A stretch of DNA of 64,000 bases from Rhodospirillaceae bacterium (GCA_002716125.1 PAZH01000079.1:39644-103643), one strand, 5' to 3'; counted from the first letter of the stretch, positions 51,045-61,647 are shown. The notes: generated from the sequence alone by a model not told the origin. Translations and numbers: made by a program.

Positions 51045-52094
51045 GTGTCAGACCGACTGGTCATTGCGCTCGATGCGATGGGCGGGGACAAGGCTCCCGA
51101 AGTCGTAATCGACGGTGCTGAAATAGCGCGAGAGCGTTTTCCGGACATTTCGTTTTTAATGTTCGGCGATCAGCCGCGAATAGAACCGCTCGTCGAAAAG
51201 CATCCGAAGCTCGCTGCGGTGACCGAGTTTCGGCACACGACGCAGGTTGTCAGCGGCGAAGACAAACCTTCGATCGCATTAAGGTCCGCGCGCGAGTCGA
51301 GCATGCGTCTCGCGATCAATGCCGTTCGCGATGGCGAAGCGAGTTCCGTGGTGTCCGCCGGGAATACGGGCGCCTTGATGGCCATCGCTAAATTCGTGCT
51401 CAAAACGCTGCCCGGCATCACCCGACCTGCGATTACGACGTATTATCCGACAATGCGCGGCGAGAGCTGCATGTTGGATCTCGGTGCGAATGTTCAATGC
51501 GATGCGGAAAATCTAGTCCAGTTCGCTGTCATGGGCGAGGTGTTCGCGCGGACGGTACTTGGGATCGATAAGCCGACGATCGGCTTGCTCAATGTTGGCG
51601 TGGAAGCCTTGAAAGGCTCGGACGAAGTCCGCGAAGCGGCCGCTATTCTAAAAGAAACGTCCTTGCCGATCGAATTTATGGGGTTTGTCGAGGGGGACGA
51701 TATTCCGGCTGGTACGGTAGATGTCATCGTGACCGACGGATTTACCGGAAATATCGCACTGAAGACGGCGGAAGGTATGACGAAACTTTATACGAGTTTC
51801 CTCAAAGATGCCTTCAGCAGCAGCCTATCCGCTAAAATCGGGTACTTGTTCATTCGGCGCGCGCTGAATAACTTGCGACAACGCACGGATCCTCGGCGGT
51901 ACAACGGCGCAATGTTGTTGGGATTGAACGGTATTGTCGTCAAAAGTCATGGCGGCACGGACAGTGTCGGATTTGCCAACGCGATCGGTGTTGGCGTCGA
52001 TATGGCGCAACACGGCTTCATCTCGAAGATCAAACAGGATTTTGAGAGATTGAAGGACGGACAGAACGAACAGAAAAAGGCAGCCGTTTCCTAA
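51045..52094 (+). CDS. plsX: phosphate acyltransferase PlsX
   Basis: IALDAMGGD motif near the N-terminus and the full PlsX pattern. The start is GTG 51045, or TTG 51024 as in the ORF track. Confidence 0.92.
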   Translation: MSDRLVIALDAMGGDKAPEVVIDGAEIARERFPDISFLMFGDQPRIEPLVEKHPKLAAVTEFRHTTQVVSGEDKPSIALRSARESSMRLAINAVRDGEASSVVSAGNTGALMAIAKFVLKTLPGITRPAITTYYPTMRGESCMLDLGANVQCDAENLVQFAVMGEVFARTVLGIDKPTIGLLNVGVEALKGSDEVREAAAILKETSLPIEFMGFVEGDDIPAGTVDVIVTDGFTGNIALKTAEGMTKLYTSFLKDAFSSSLSAKIGYLFIRRALNNLRQRTDPRRYNGAMLLGLNGIVVKSHGGTDSVGFANAIGVGVDMAQHGFISKIKQDFERLKDGQNEQKKAAVS

Positions 52095-52095
52095 T

Positions 52096-53067
52096 ATGCG
52101 CCGCTCTCAAATCATCGGTTTCGGATCGTATCTTCCCCAAAACATCGTCACGAACGACGACCTCGCCGAAAAAATCGACACGTCCGACGAGTGGATTCGG
52201 AAGCGGACGGGGATTGCGCAGCGCCATATCGCGGCCGATGGGGAATTGACCTCGGATATCGCGACGAATGCCGCTCGTGCGGCGCTAAAGAATGCAGGTC
52301 TCGACGCGGATGCGGTCGATTTGATCGTTCTCGCGACTGCGACGCCCGACAACACGTTCCCCGCCACGGCGACGCGCGTGCAATCCAATCTCGGCATTCG
52401 CCGCGGGGCGGCCTTCGATGTGCAGGCCGTGTGCGCCGGCTACGTATATGCCCTGACGATGGCGGACAATATGATCCGGCTCGGTCAGGCGGAGACGGCG
52501 ATTGTCATCGGCGCGGAAGTCTTTAGCCGTATTCTCGATTGGGAAGACCGCGGCACGTGTGTTCTTTTCGGCGACGGTGCCGGTGCCTGTGTCCTGCAAG
52601 GGGCCGAAACGGCGGGAACCAACGCGGATACGGGTATTCTGTCGACGCGTATTCATTCCGATGGGGAATACTACGATATGCTTTACGTCGACGGGGGACC
52701 GAGTACGACGGGCACGTCAGGCTATCTGCGGATGGAAGGCAAGGAAGTCTTTCGTCATGCCGTCCAACGCATGAGTGAGGTGGTCACGGCCGCGCTGGAT
52801 CAGAACGACTTAGCCGTCGATCAATTGGATTGGCTGATTCCGCACCAGGCGAACAAGCGGATTATGGATAGCATTGCGAAGAAGTTGAACCTGCCCGACG
52901 AGAAGATCGTCGTTACAGTGGATCGGCAGGCGAACACCTCCGCGGCGACGATTCCGTTGGCCCTTGCGGAGGCCAGCGCCGACGGTCGCTTGAAGCCCGG
53001 ACACCTGATCGCATTGTCGGCCCTCGGTGGCGGTTTTGCCTGGGGTTCGGCCTTGCTGCGCCTCTAA
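52096..53067 (+). CDS. fabH: beta-ketoacyl-ACP synthase III
   Basis: Active-site Cys context ([13 protein letters not shown]), HQAN and GGGFAWG motifs. 323 aa. Confidence 0.95.
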   Translation: MRRSQIIGFGSYLPQNIVTNDDLAEKIDTSDEWIRKRTGIAQRHIAADGELTSDIATNAARAALKNAGLDADAVDLIVLATATPDNTFPATATRVQSNLGIRRGAAFDVQAVCAGYVYALTMADNMIRLGQAETAIVIGAEVFSRILDWEDRGTCVLFGDGAGACVLQGAETAGTNADTGILSTRIHSDGEYYDMLYVDGGPSTTGTSGYLRMEGKEVFRHAVQRMSEVVTAALDQNDLAVDQLDWLIPHQANKRIMDSIAKKLNLPDEKIVVTVDRQANTSAATIPLALAEASADGRLKPGHLIALSALGGGFAWGSALLRL

Positions 53068-53182
53068 GAAGTAATTGTAAAATTTGACGCTTCTGAATTG
53101 ACGTTCGGTCAAGCTCGCACTACCGTTAGGATGATAAAAAAGGTTTTAAAGAACCTAGATATTCGATCAGGGGGACTATGAC

Positions 53183-53506
53183 ATGACGGGCAAGACCGTC
53201 ACGCGGGCGCAGTTAACGGAGGCGGTATACCGGGAAGTTGGGCTGTCGCGGAATGAATCGGCCGATTTAGTGGAATCGGTTCTCAATGAAATTTCAGACG
53301 CGCTTTCCGAAGGCGAAACGGTAAAGATTTCGTCCTTTGGCAGTTTTTTTGTGCGGAAAAAAGGTCAGCGCATCGGGCGGAACCCGAAAACCGGCGAAGA
53401 GGTGCCGATCTTGCCGCGCTCGGTCCTTATCTTCCGGCCAAGCCATTTATTGAAGAATAAGATCAATATCGGTCAGGCGGGCGGACCTTCGGGCGCGGAT
53501 AATTGA
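53183..53506 (+). CDS. ihfA: integration host factor subunit alpha
   Basis: HU/IHF fold with the [12 protein letters not shown] arm motif, in the conserved position after fabH. Confidence 0.93.
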   Translation: MTGKTVTRAQLTEAVYREVGLSRNESADLVESVLNEISDALSEGETVKISSFGSFFVRKKGQRIGRNPKTGEEVPILPRSVLIFRPSHLLKNKINIGQAGGPSGADN

Positions 53507-53949
53507 GTCCGGCGGACACATCGAACACATCTGAGACGGGAACGGCGTCCAAGGCGGCGCGCGCATTCCGCACGATCAGCGAAGTGTCGCGGGAACTGGA
53601 TGTCCCGCAACACGTCCTGCGGTTCTGGGAAAGTAAATTCACGCAGATCAGCCCACTAAAGCGGGGGGGCGGGCGGCGCTACTACCGTCCGGAAGATATC
53701 CGGCTTCTCGAACGCATTCGAGACCTGCTTTATGTCGATGGGTTTACCATCAAGGGGGTTCAGAAGCTGATCCGTGAGCGGGGCGTCAAATCGATTTTGA
53801 ACGCGGCGTCGGCGGTCGCGCCGGCACCGGAAGAGACGGCGGCCCCTGCATCGGCAACACCGGCCAAGCCAGCCAAGAAGCGCCGCGCCATCTTGGCCGC
53901 GATCGCCGAGCTCTCGGAAATTAAGAACCTGCTGGAGCCCGCCGAATAG
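53503..53949 (+). CDS. MerR family transcriptional regulator
   Basis: The TTG start overlaps the ihfA stop. [28 protein letters not shown]. This arrangement is conserved downstream of ihfA in Alphaproteobacteria. Confidence 0.85.
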   Translation: MSPADTSNTSETGTASKAARAFRTISEVSRELDVPQHVLRFWESKFTQISPLKRGGGRRYYRPEDIRLLERIRDLLYVDGFTIKGVQKLIRERGVKSILNAASAVAPAPEETAAPASATPAKPAKKRRAILAAIAELSEIKNLLEPAE

Positions 53950-54001
53950 GCGCGAAGCCCATTGCACAGCTAAGGCGCGGGGCGTAAATTGCGCGCACGG
54001 T

Positions 54002-54078
<77 letters not shown>

Positions 54079-54317
54079 ATTTTTTCCCGGAAATCCAATT
54101 GATAATTATGAGGTTTTGTGCCGCTCAGGCACAAAATCGCTATAGCCGCGCCGAATGCTTGAGATCGGTGAACGGGGCAATTCTCGATCCTAACCAAAAC
54201 CTAACCCTCTACAAACGCGCAAATAACTCTGACGAACTATGTTGAGCGTGCTGGGAAGGGCGCGTCTCCGCACCCCTCCTTATGAATTTACCAACTGAAG
54301 TTCAAAGGACACGATCA

Positions 54318-54800
54318 ATGATGAAGTACGGAAAGAAAATCGCGGCAATTTCCTTGGCGGCGGCGTTTGGCCTCTCGGCGCAACAGGCGTTGGCCGTGGA
54401 CGAGCATTACATCAGTGGCGCCGCTGCTGTCGGTGGAACCGATGTTGTCGCGTATCACACTGTTGGAAAGCCGACGGCGGGTTCGTCGAACTATGCGGCC
54501 ACCTATCAAGGTGTGACTTGGCATTTCGCTTCCGCCGAGAACAAAGCGCTTTTTGAAGCAAATCCGGCGAAATATGCCCCGGCTTATGGCGGCTGGTGTG
54601 CGGGTGGCGCCAGCAAAGGCAAGAAAGTGCCGACCAAGCCCGAACTTTGGGCCATTGTTGACGGACAGTTGTATCTGAACAGCAGCCCGAAAGTTCATAA
54701 CAATCTCTTCCTCGCCAATACGGAAAAGGTAATTTCCAAGGGCGAATCAAATTGGAAAGTGATTTTCGCCACCTCCCGTGAGGCGCTCCTCGCGCAGTAG
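54318..54800 (+). CDS. periplasmic YHS-domain family protein
   Basis: Signal peptide (AAISLAAAFGLSAQQALA). The core GTDVVAYH...VTWHFASAENKALFEANPAKYAPAYGGWC...IVDGQLYLN matches the secreted YHS-domain family (from memory). Confidence 0.7.
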   Translation: MMKYGKKIAAISLAAAFGLSAQQALAVDEHYISGAAAVGGTDVVAYHTVGKPTAGSSNYAATYQGVTWHFASAENKALFEANPAKYAPAYGGWCAGGASKGKKVPTKPELWAIVDGQLYLNSSPKVHNNLFLANTEKVISKGESNWKVIFATSREALLAQ

Positions 54801-54883
54801 AACTGGCACTCTGCGTCGCCGTCTCATCGACGGCGGCGCAGATCCGGTCACAGCCCGCTCTCCAGAACGTTATTGGACGGAAA

Positions 54884-55654
54884 ATGCCGATAGATGCACC
54901 TTGCCATCTGATCCAAAGTTCATCTGGGGAGGCCGGGGAAATCGTCGCCAAAGCCAAAATCCTCGTGGTCGAAGACGATGAGAACATTCTCAATCTCTTG
55001 AGTGCGTATCTTGAAAGCGCAGGCCACGAAGTGGTGGCGCATCAAGATGGTTATGTGGGCTACAAGGCTGCCCTCACAGATACCTTCGACATCTGCATCC
55101 TCGACGTCATGCTTCCCAACAAGTCCGGCATCGAGATTGCCGAAGCCATGCGCGCGCAGAGCACCGAGATTCCAATCCTGTTCCTGACCGCGCTCGGTGC
55201 AGAAGCCAATGTGCTTAAGGGCGTCGATGCGGGGGCGGACGACTATGTGATCAAGCCATTTTCCCCGCGCGAATTGAACGTCCGCATTCAGGCGATCCTG
55301 CGCCGCAGTCAGATGGCGATGGCAAATCGTAATGACGTGCTGGAGGTCGGCTCGCTCAGATTGGATGTCGAACAACCCAACTGCGACGTGTCCGGTCATT
55401 CCATTCAACTCACCCCCTATGAGCACAAAATTCTAAGACGTCTTGTGGAACAGCCTCGGAGAATCCTGTCGCGGGGTCAGTTGATCACGCTTCTTTATGG
55501 GAACGACGTCGCGGTCGGCCCAAAGGCGATAGATGTTCATGTCCACAACATCCGCGCCAAACTTGGCGATGAGATCGGAGAGATGATCGAAACGGTGCGC
55601 GGATTCGGCTACCGGTTCACGCCAGCCAGCGACGCCGGGCGCAGGGCATCGTGA
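54884..55654 (+). CDS. OmpR-family response regulator
   Basis: Receiver domain (KILVVEDDENI, ILDVMLP, VIKPF) and a winged-helix output domain (VRGFGYRF). The only in-frame ATG leaves an atypical ~22-aa N-terminal extension, so the start is uncertain. Confidence 0.88.
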   Translation: MPIDAPCHLIQSSSGEAGEIVAKAKILVVEDDENILNLLSAYLESAGHEVVAHQDGYVGYKAALTDTFDICILDVMLPNKSGIEIAEAMRAQSTEIPILFLTALGAEANVLKGVDAGADDYVIKPFSPRELNVRIQAILRRSQMAMANRNDVLEVGSLRLDVEQPNCDVSGHSIQLTPYEHKILRRLVEQPRRILSRGQLITLLYGNDVAVGPKAIDVHVHNIRAKLGDEIGEMIETVRGFGYRFTPASDAGRRAS

Positions 55655-56796
55655 AACACCGCCTGCGCCGGTTGCCGTGGCTCTCGCTCCAGATGATCGC
55701 GGCAAACGTCACGATTGTTCTGATGCTCGGTGTTGCGTGGTACTGGCTGTTTACAAACCAGAGCATGGTCTACTCCGATCGTCTTATGTCCACTTTCAAC
55801 ATCGAGCCTGGCCGTGTCCATGCCATGTTTGTTGACGAGGTTGAACGTCAACTTTGGACAAGCATCTCGATCGGATTGGCGTTCGCGGTCCTGGCATCCA
55901 TTGCGGCGACACTTTATATCGTCCGCCCGCTTCGGGCGCTCGCCCGGGCAACGGACAGGTTGCGACAGGGCGATTATCGCGCGCGCGCCCAAAACCAATC
56001 AGGCGAAATCGGTCACCTTGCCGAGACGGTCAATGCCCTTGCCGCGGCGTTGGAGCAGGAAGAGGGGCGTCGGGCACGATACCTCGCCGACCTCGGGCAC
56101 GAATTGCGGACCCCCATTACCAGTTTGCGCGGATATACCGAAGGCCTGGAAGACGGCGTTTTCCAGGCCGATGCAAAATATTTTTCCCTGATGTCCGATG
56201 AACTCAATCATTTGACCGCGCTGACCCATTCCATTGAGGCCATGGAACTTTCAGCCGTAGACCAAGAGACCGAATCTCAGGGCGTGGCTGTGCCGGACCT
56301 TCTGGCCGATGTGCAGCGACGATGGCTGCCCCAATTCGAGGCGAAGAGCCTTCGGCTCCGTGTCGATTCGGACAACGCGTTGTCCTCGGGTTGTATTGCG
56401 CTCTCGAGCAAATCTCTGCGGCATATCATCGATAACCTGATGTTGAACATGCTGAGATATGCGGATACGACGCCCGAATGCTGCATCGTGTTTTCACGGC
56501 ATAACCCGCAAACAATTGAAATGGTTTTCAGTAATGGCGCCGAGGGCTTGCCGTCGCAGAGTCTTCCGTTGCTGTTTGATCGCTTTTTCCGCGTCTCCCA
56601 GAGCCGGACCCGGGAACACAAAGATCATTCTAGTGGGCTTGGTCTATCGATTGTGAAGCAGCTTTGCCTCGCCAGCGGCGGCACGGTGCATGCGGAAATG
56701 AAGAACAATACTTTGAGCATTGTGGTCCGGCTTCCCCTTTTGGTGTCCAGGAAGACGATGGAACAGAGGGTACCTCAGGCGCTCGCGGGGCTCTGA
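55651..56796 (+). CDS. sensor histidine kinase (two TM helices, HAMP, HisKA, HATPase)
   Basis: ATGA-type overlap with the regulator gene. H-box LGHELRTPITSLRGY, G-box SGLGLSIV, and only a short (~35 aa) extracytoplasmic loop. Confidence 0.9.
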   Translation: MKHRLRRLPWLSLQMIAANVTIVLMLGVAWYWLFTNQSMVYSDRLMSTFNIEPGRVHAMFVDEVERQLWTSISIGLAFAVLASIAATLYIVRPLRALARATDRLRQGDYRARAQNQSGEIGHLAETVNALAAALEQEEGRRARYLADLGHELRTPITSLRGYTEGLEDGVFQADAKYFSLMSDELNHLTALTHSIEAMELSAVDQETESQGVAVPDLLADVQRRWLPQFEAKSLRLRVDSDNALSSGCIALSSKSLRHIIDNLMLNMLRYADTTPECCIVFSRHNPQTIEMVFSNGAEGLPSQSLPLLFDRFFRVSQSRTREHKDHSSGLGLSIVKQLCLASGGTVHAEMKNNTLSIVVRLPLLVSRKTMEQRVPQALAGL

Positions 56797-56890
56797 TCGG
56801 CCTCGCGTCAATGTCCACACGTCGAACGAAGGTGGCGTCGCGTCCGCTCTCACGCAGTCAGAAGCGGCCTTTGTTCAAACGTGTGAACTA

Positions 56891-57091
56891 TCAGGCCCGA
56901 TGCGATGCGTCGAAGTGTCGGGTTGCCGCTTCGAACTTGTCTCTGCAACCCGGATTGCAAAATCCGACAACGCGACCGTTGTAAACCGTCAACGAATCTT
57001 CCGCCACGGGATCGCCTGACCAGGGACAAGTCTCGTTGGTACAATCTTCAAGCTTCAGAGCGCTGGGCCCAGGTTCCGATGTAGCGTTCAA
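56891..57091 (-). CDS. small cysteine-motif protein, TRASH/YHS-like (C-x22-C-x3-C)
   Basis: 66 aa, with a TTG start 8 nt after GGAG. The segment CPWSGDPVAEDSLTVYNGRVVGFCNPGCRDKF fits the TRASH-type metal-binding spacing. It lies 28 nt downstream of the dienelactone hydrolase gene on the same strand. Confidence 0.5.
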   Translation of the reverse strand: MNATSEPGPSALKLEDCTNETCPWSGDPVAEDSLTVYNGRVVGFCNPGCRDKFEAATRHFDASHRA

Positions 57092-57119
57092 AATAGAAAC
57101 TCCATGTTCACTGCGCGTG

Positions 57120-57917
57120 TTAGAACACGCCCTTAAGTAGATCCAACGTCTTTGCCCAGGAGTCCGCGTCCGCGTCCGCGTCGTACTTCAAAGGCAGGCT
57201 GAACTTTTTCCCCTTTTCGGTCGCGCGCTTGCTCGTAAAGCTGTGCGTCACGCCCGGGTAGTTGATGTATTCGAAATCCGCACCGGCCGTCTTCATACCT
57301 TCCTTCAGCGTGGCAAGTTTATCCGGTTTGATGAACGGATCGTCGGCGCCGTTAAACACCCGGACCTTGGCCTTTATGGTGCCCGGTGTCGCCGGAATCG
57401 TTTGCGTGAGGCTAGCATGGTATGCGGCAACAGCACGTAGATCGACGCCCTTACGCGCCATATCGAGGACCACATTGCCGCCGAAGCAATATCCGAGCGC
57501 GGCGATCCTGGATGGGTCGACAGTCGCGTGCCGCTTCAGGAGTTCATGCGCCGCGATGAACCGTTCATGCATCACGCCTTTTGTTGCAATGACCTCTTTC
57601 GCCATGGTGCCGGCATCTTTTGGATGATCCGCCAACCGGCCCGTGCCGTACATATCGAGCGCGAAGGCTGTGTAGCCCTCAGCGGCGAGCATGTCCGCGC
57701 GTTCCCGCGCATAGGCGTCGTGTCCCCACCATTCGTGGACGACGATAACGCCGGGGCGTTTACCCGAAATAGCATCGTCGTAAACGATGTATCCTGTCAG
57801 TTCCCGGTCTCCGGCCTTATAGGACACCTTTTCGGATTGAATTTCCGCTTCGGCGCCTTTGCTCAGGCTGAAGACAATGACCAGTAAGACGGGAAGAAAC
57901 TTCATAAAACGGGGCAT
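57120..57917 (-). CDS. dienelactone hydrolase family protein (secreted)
   Basis: ATG at 57917 is 5 nt after GGAGG. Signal peptide (FLPVLLVIVFSLSKGAEA). The GYCFGG nucleophile motif and HEWWG are typical of DLH. Confidence 0.85.
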   Translation of the reverse strand: MPRFMKFLPVLLVIVFSLSKGAEAEIQSEKVSYKAGDRELTGYIVYDDAISGKRPGVIVVHEWWGHDAYARERADMLAAEGYTAFALDMYGTGRLADHPKDAGTMAKEVIATKGVMHERFIAAHELLKRHATVDPSRIAALGYCFGGNVVLDMARKGVDLRAVAAYHASLTQTIPATPGTIKAKVRVFNGADDPFIKPDKLATLKEGMKTAGADFEYINYPGVTHSFTSKRATEKGKKFSLPLKYDADADADSWAKTLDLLKGVF

Positions 57918-58038
57918 CACTTCCTCCGTAAATCTGTCGATTTTGTTGAGGCCGATGCTAGCGAAAGACAGTGTGACGGGAAAGCGGAATCAATGCCGGC
58001 ACTCGCGGTTCACTGCCGCTCCGAGGCCGATATGTTTG

Positions 58039-58809
58039 TCATGACTCTTCGGGTGCCGACTTGTGTCCAGGCGGCGGCAGACCGAGCATTTGATCGCGGA
58101 CCTCGCGATCGCTCGCTTCGAAACGGTCGACCACCTGGCGGCAATAGGGATTGAAGCGGAAGACGTCTTCGAAGAGCCCCGTGTCGTGACGCACGGAGTC
58201 GACGGCATCCATCAGCGATCCGAATGAGACCGTATCGATGTCGGAGCGTTCGAAGCCGCCATGGGCAACGATTTGGCCGATGTAGTGGGTGAGGAATAGG
58301 GTCTCCGCCAGGTCTTTGTCGTGGGCATCCGCTGTCGTTTCGATAATCGAAAATCCCGCGTCGGTGAGCAGGTCGCAGAAAGCTGAATAGATATTGCCGG
58401 GTGTATTATGGCCGGTGATCACGATTCGAAATCCGCTGACGTCGCCATCGCGTTGCGCGTAGCTTTCCGGCCCGAACATCGGATGCATCGAGAGGAACTG
58501 GACTGGTGGTTCGGTTGCCTGCAGCAGGTCCATGGTATGTTTCTTAACCGTTGCGATATCGATCACGACGCTGTTCGGACGCAGGTGCGGGCGCACGCGG
58601 GATAGGGTTTCTTGATAGGCGCTGATCGGTACCGCCAGAATGACGGCATCGCAACCGGCGGCCTCTTCGAAAGGACAAAAGAGATCACCGTCCGCCGAAC
58701 ATTCTGGTGCGTACACCTTGAGGGATGCGTCCGGCAGATAACGCTTTGCAAGCACGTGTAGAAACGCGCCGAATTGCCCGTATCCGATAAGGCCGATGGA
58801 GAATGTCAT
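58039..58809 (-). CDS. prephenate/arogenate dehydrogenase family protein
   Basis: Rossmann N-terminus IGLIGYGQFGAF, then SMHPMFGP and the HDKDLAETLFLTHY region typical of TyrA-family enzymes. Confidence 0.75.
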   Translation of the reverse strand: MTFSIGLIGYGQFGAFLHVLAKRYLPDASLKVYAPECSADGDLFCPFEEAAGCDAVILAVPISAYQETLSRVRPHLRPNSVVIDIATVKKHTMDLLQATEPPVQFLSMHPMFGPESYAQRDGDVSGFRIVITGHNTPGNIYSAFCDLLTDAGFSIIETTADAHDKDLAETLFLTHYIGQIVAHGGFERSDIDTVSFGSLMDAVDSVRHDTGLFEDVFRFNPYCRQVVDRFEASDREVRDQMLGLPPPGHKSAPEES

Positions 58810-58891
58810 GGGCGCTTGGTCTTTGTCTTAGCAGGTTTGTAGGAGACGTGATTGCGAGGCGACAGGTCCTAACAGGTGAGCGACCTGCTGT

Positions 58892-60142
58892 TCAAGCGCT
58901 TGTTTGGCTGGGCGATGATGGTTTCGATGCCCGAAGCGCTGCCGGAAGGAGCAAGGCTGCCACAATGAGGCTCAAGGCAACCAACAGCCAGCCATCGGCA
59001 TATCCGAAACCTTCAACCAGCATAAGACCGATGGCGATGGGGCCGACCGCCGCACCGGCTCGGATGGCGAAATAAATCGCGCCGTAGATACGCCCGAAAG
59101 ATGTGCGCCCGAAGGCCTGCGCGACCGTCAGCGGTTGCAAGGTGATCACCAATCCCATCGTGGCCCCGAAAAGAATGCTGCCGCCCCAAAGCGCAGCTTC
59201 GCTCTCGCCGAAGCCCAAGATCGCAAAAGAAAGCGCTTGAAGACCAAAGACAAGGGTCGTCCATTTGAGCGTTGAGAGGCGCGGACCCAAAGTTATGAAA
59301 ATCACGCGGCCCGCGATTCCGGCGAGCGTGGTCGCGGAGACGACGCCGGCCGCACCCAAAAGACCGAGACGCCCTTCGTGGAACGGGGTTTGGTGGTAGA
59401 GATAAGCGCTTTGCGCGAGCATGCCGAAACCGAGCGCCAGAGCGAGCGCCCAAAAGGCCGGTCGGGCCATGGCCCCGGCGAGCGTCCATGTCGCCGTGTC
59501 GTTATCGACGCGTGCCGCTTCTTCCGGCGCAGGCGGTGCGCCATTATCGATTTCTAACCCCATACTTTCCGGGCCGTCCTTAATGACCCAGAGCGCCATC
59601 GGGATTAGCACCACGAGCGTGACAATGGCGAGCGCTAGACACCCGGCTTCGATACCGTAGGCCTCGATGAGGCCCGCGTTCAGCGGGACCAGCGCGGCGC
59701 CGCCGAAACCGGCGCCGAACGTGGCGGCGGCCATCGCTCGGGCGCGCTGTGCTAGAAACCATCGCGCAACAATCTTGCCGAGGGTAACCGTGTGAATGCA
59801 GGCGAAGCCCGTTCCCATCAACAGGAAGGCGGGGATCGCCTGCCAAGCGGCGGCGACACGGGCGATCGCGGCGAGGGCCACACAGATAAAGACGGCGCCG
59901 ATCAGAATGACGGGCTTTGGCCCCCAATGGTCGACGCTGCGGCCAACGAATACGCCGGCAACACCCGCCCAAAGCTGGAACAGCGTCGGCGCCAAAGCGA
60001 GCGTCGCCGGCGACCAGCCGAATTCCCGAATCCAATAGGCGGCAAAGACCCCCTGATTGAAGATCGTCACGTCCCACGTAATACAAGCGACCAAGTTACA
60101 GGCGATGACGATTATCCAGCCGTAGTAGAGTTTTTCCGTCAT
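58892..60142 (-). CDS. MFS transporter
   Basis: The ATG at 60142 gives MTEKLYYGWIIVIACNL. About 12 hydrophobic segments. The upstream part of the ORF-track model lacks transporter character. Confidence 0.8.
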   Translation of the reverse strand: MTEKLYYGWIIVIACNLVACITWDVTIFNQGVFAAYWIREFGWSPATLALAPTLFQLWAGVAGVFVGRSVDHWGPKPVILIGAVFICVALAAIARVAAAWQAIPAFLLMGTGFACIHTVTLGKIVARWFLAQRARAMAAATFGAGFGGAALVPLNAGLIEAYGIEAGCLALAIVTLVVLIPMALWVIKDGPESMGLEIDNGAPPAPEEAARVDNDTATWTLAGAMARPAFWALALALGFGMLAQSAYLYHQTPFHEGRLGLLGAAGVVSATTLAGIAGRVIFITLGPRLSTLKWTTLVFGLQALSFAILGFGESEAALWGGSILFGATMGLVITLQPLTVAQAFGRTSFGRIYGAIYFAIRAGAAVGPIAIGLMLVEGFGYADGWLLVALSLIVAALLLPAALRASKPSSPSQTSA

Positions 60143-60398
60143 GGTCGTATCTGAATGGGAACAGAACGCGGCGGACGGGCCGCTCCAAAACGAATATAGG
60201 TTTCGGCGCGCCATACGGAATTATTTTTTACGTAAAGGTCGAAAGGGCCGGAACCCCTGCGGATCCGATTTTCAGTCACGCATACCTCAATTAAGCTTTC
60301 CCTAATATCATCACGCTTATCCGAATCCGGATTGACGGCGGAACCCGTTCGGTGGGACGCTGTTGGCAATTGCAATTCTGTAAGAGGGAGAGGACTTG

Positions 60399-61208
60399 AT
60401 GACCATTCGTCGTACGATCGCCGCGTTGTCGATGGCGCTTGCCGCCACCGCTTTTGCTACAAGCGAAACCCGGGCTGAGACGCCGCAGGCGCTGGGCCTT
60501 GTCGCCACGGCCGCTCCGGCGCCCATGCAATGCGAAGGCGGCCTCTGCATGGCCTATCTCACCGCCTTCTGCCTGGAAGAACACCGCAAGTCGCCGCAAG
60601 CGCGCACGGCCTATCGCCTGGCCGATAAGACCCAAGTCACCTTGATGGTCGAGACCGCGGCTGGCGAAACGCTTCGCTTGCCGGGCCGCGATTGGCTTGC
60701 GTTCGAGACGCGCACGCTTTTCACAGGTGTCGAGGCGTCGGTCGACCAAGCGCGACTCGCCAAGCTGAACCCGGTGAAGCTGTCCATTGAAGTCGGTCCG
60801 TTGGCCTCCATGCTGCCGGTCGTGGCCGCGGACGATAAGACGGCGCACAGCGCTGCCGAAATCGCACTCGCGACAGGGCCTTACCGCCAAGCCGCCGAAC
60901 AGCATTTCGAAGGGAATGCTGATATGCGCGCGGCGGTTTCCATCACGACCAACCTAATCAACTCGCTGCCGAAGACTGGTGTGGTATCTGAGGAACGCCG
61001 TATTCAGACGATGATCAATGCGTTCTCGACGCTTGAGAGTGCCGAAGCCAGCGAGAAGACACGGTCTGTCGTTGGCAGCATTGTGCGCTCCTGCGACCGG
61101 CACGCCTATTACGGCGTCGACAGTATGCGTCATTGCATGGAGCTGAAACACAGCAGCATACAGGCAGACACCAACCGGAAGTTCTGGGACTCGCTCGGCG
61201 GCGTCTAA
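60399..61208 (+). CDS. hypothetical secreted protein
   Basis: ATG follows GAGGGAGAGGA. Signal peptide (AALSMALAATAFATSETRA). Six Cys in the mature part. I recognise no family. A clean terminator follows. Confidence 0.55.
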   Translation: MTIRRTIAALSMALAATAFATSETRAETPQALGLVATAAPAPMQCEGGLCMAYLTAFCLEEHRKSPQARTAYRLADKTQVTLMVETAAGETLRLPGRDWLAFETRTLFTGVEASVDQARLAKLNPVKLSIEVGPLASMLPVVAADDKTAHSAAEIALATGPYRQAAEQHFEGNADMRAAVSITTNLINSLPKTGVVSEERRIQTMINAFSTLESAEASEKTRSVVGSIVRSCDRHAYYGVDSMRHCMELKHSSIQADTNRKFWDSLGGV

Positions 61209-61242
61209 TTCGCACAGAGAGAGCTCAGTATGTTGAGATCGA

Positions 61243-61273
61243 GAAGCGGCCTTCGGGCCGCTTCTTTCGTTTC
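61243..61273 (+). terminator. rho-independent terminator
   Basis: The hairpin gaagcggcc-ttcg-ggccgcttc is followed by TTTCGTTTC, 35 nt after the stop at 61208. Confidence 0.8.
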
Positions 61274-61353
61274 GGGGCCACGGACCCGGGGCTTGGCTCA
61301 CGCCCGCATAAGGCGCACTCTGGCGACAACAATAACGCCATTCGGAGGGACAG

Positions 61354-61647
61354 ATGCCCAAAGGTTACATCGTCGTTTGTTACAAAGAGATCCGGGATCC
61401 GGAGAAAGTGAAAAAATATTCGGAGCTGGCGCCCCTCGCCATGCGGCCGCGCGGGGCAAAAATTCTGGCGCGGGACGGGCGGGTCTCCGCCTTCGAGGAC
61501 GGGATCGAGGAACGGACGGTCGTTGCCGAATTTCCGAGCTACGAAGCAGCGCTCGAAGCCTATAACAGCCCGGAATACCAAGCGGCGAAGGAAGCGCTCG
61601 GCGATGGTGCCATCCGCGACTTCCGTATCGTCGAGGGCGTCGACTAA
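61354..61647 (+). CDS. DUF1330 domain protein
   Basis: ATG follows GGAGGGA. MPKGYIVVCYKEIRDPEKVKKY and the later VVAEFPSYEAALEAYNSPEYQ are the typical DUF1330 pattern. Confidence 0.8.
   Translation: MPKGYIVVCYKEIRDPEKVKKYSELAPLAMRPRGAKILARDGRVSAFEDGIEERTVVAEFPSYEAALEAYNSPEYQAAKEALGDGAIRDFRIVEGVD

Noticed and set aside
54079-54317. Possible integrative-element attachment site directly after tRNA-Pro, including the hairpin ttttgtgcc-gctca-ggcacaaaa at 54114-54136
   Set aside because: No integrase, excisionase or visible repeat of the tRNA 3' end was found, and the hairpin has no U-tract. I kept only a low-interest boundary observation.
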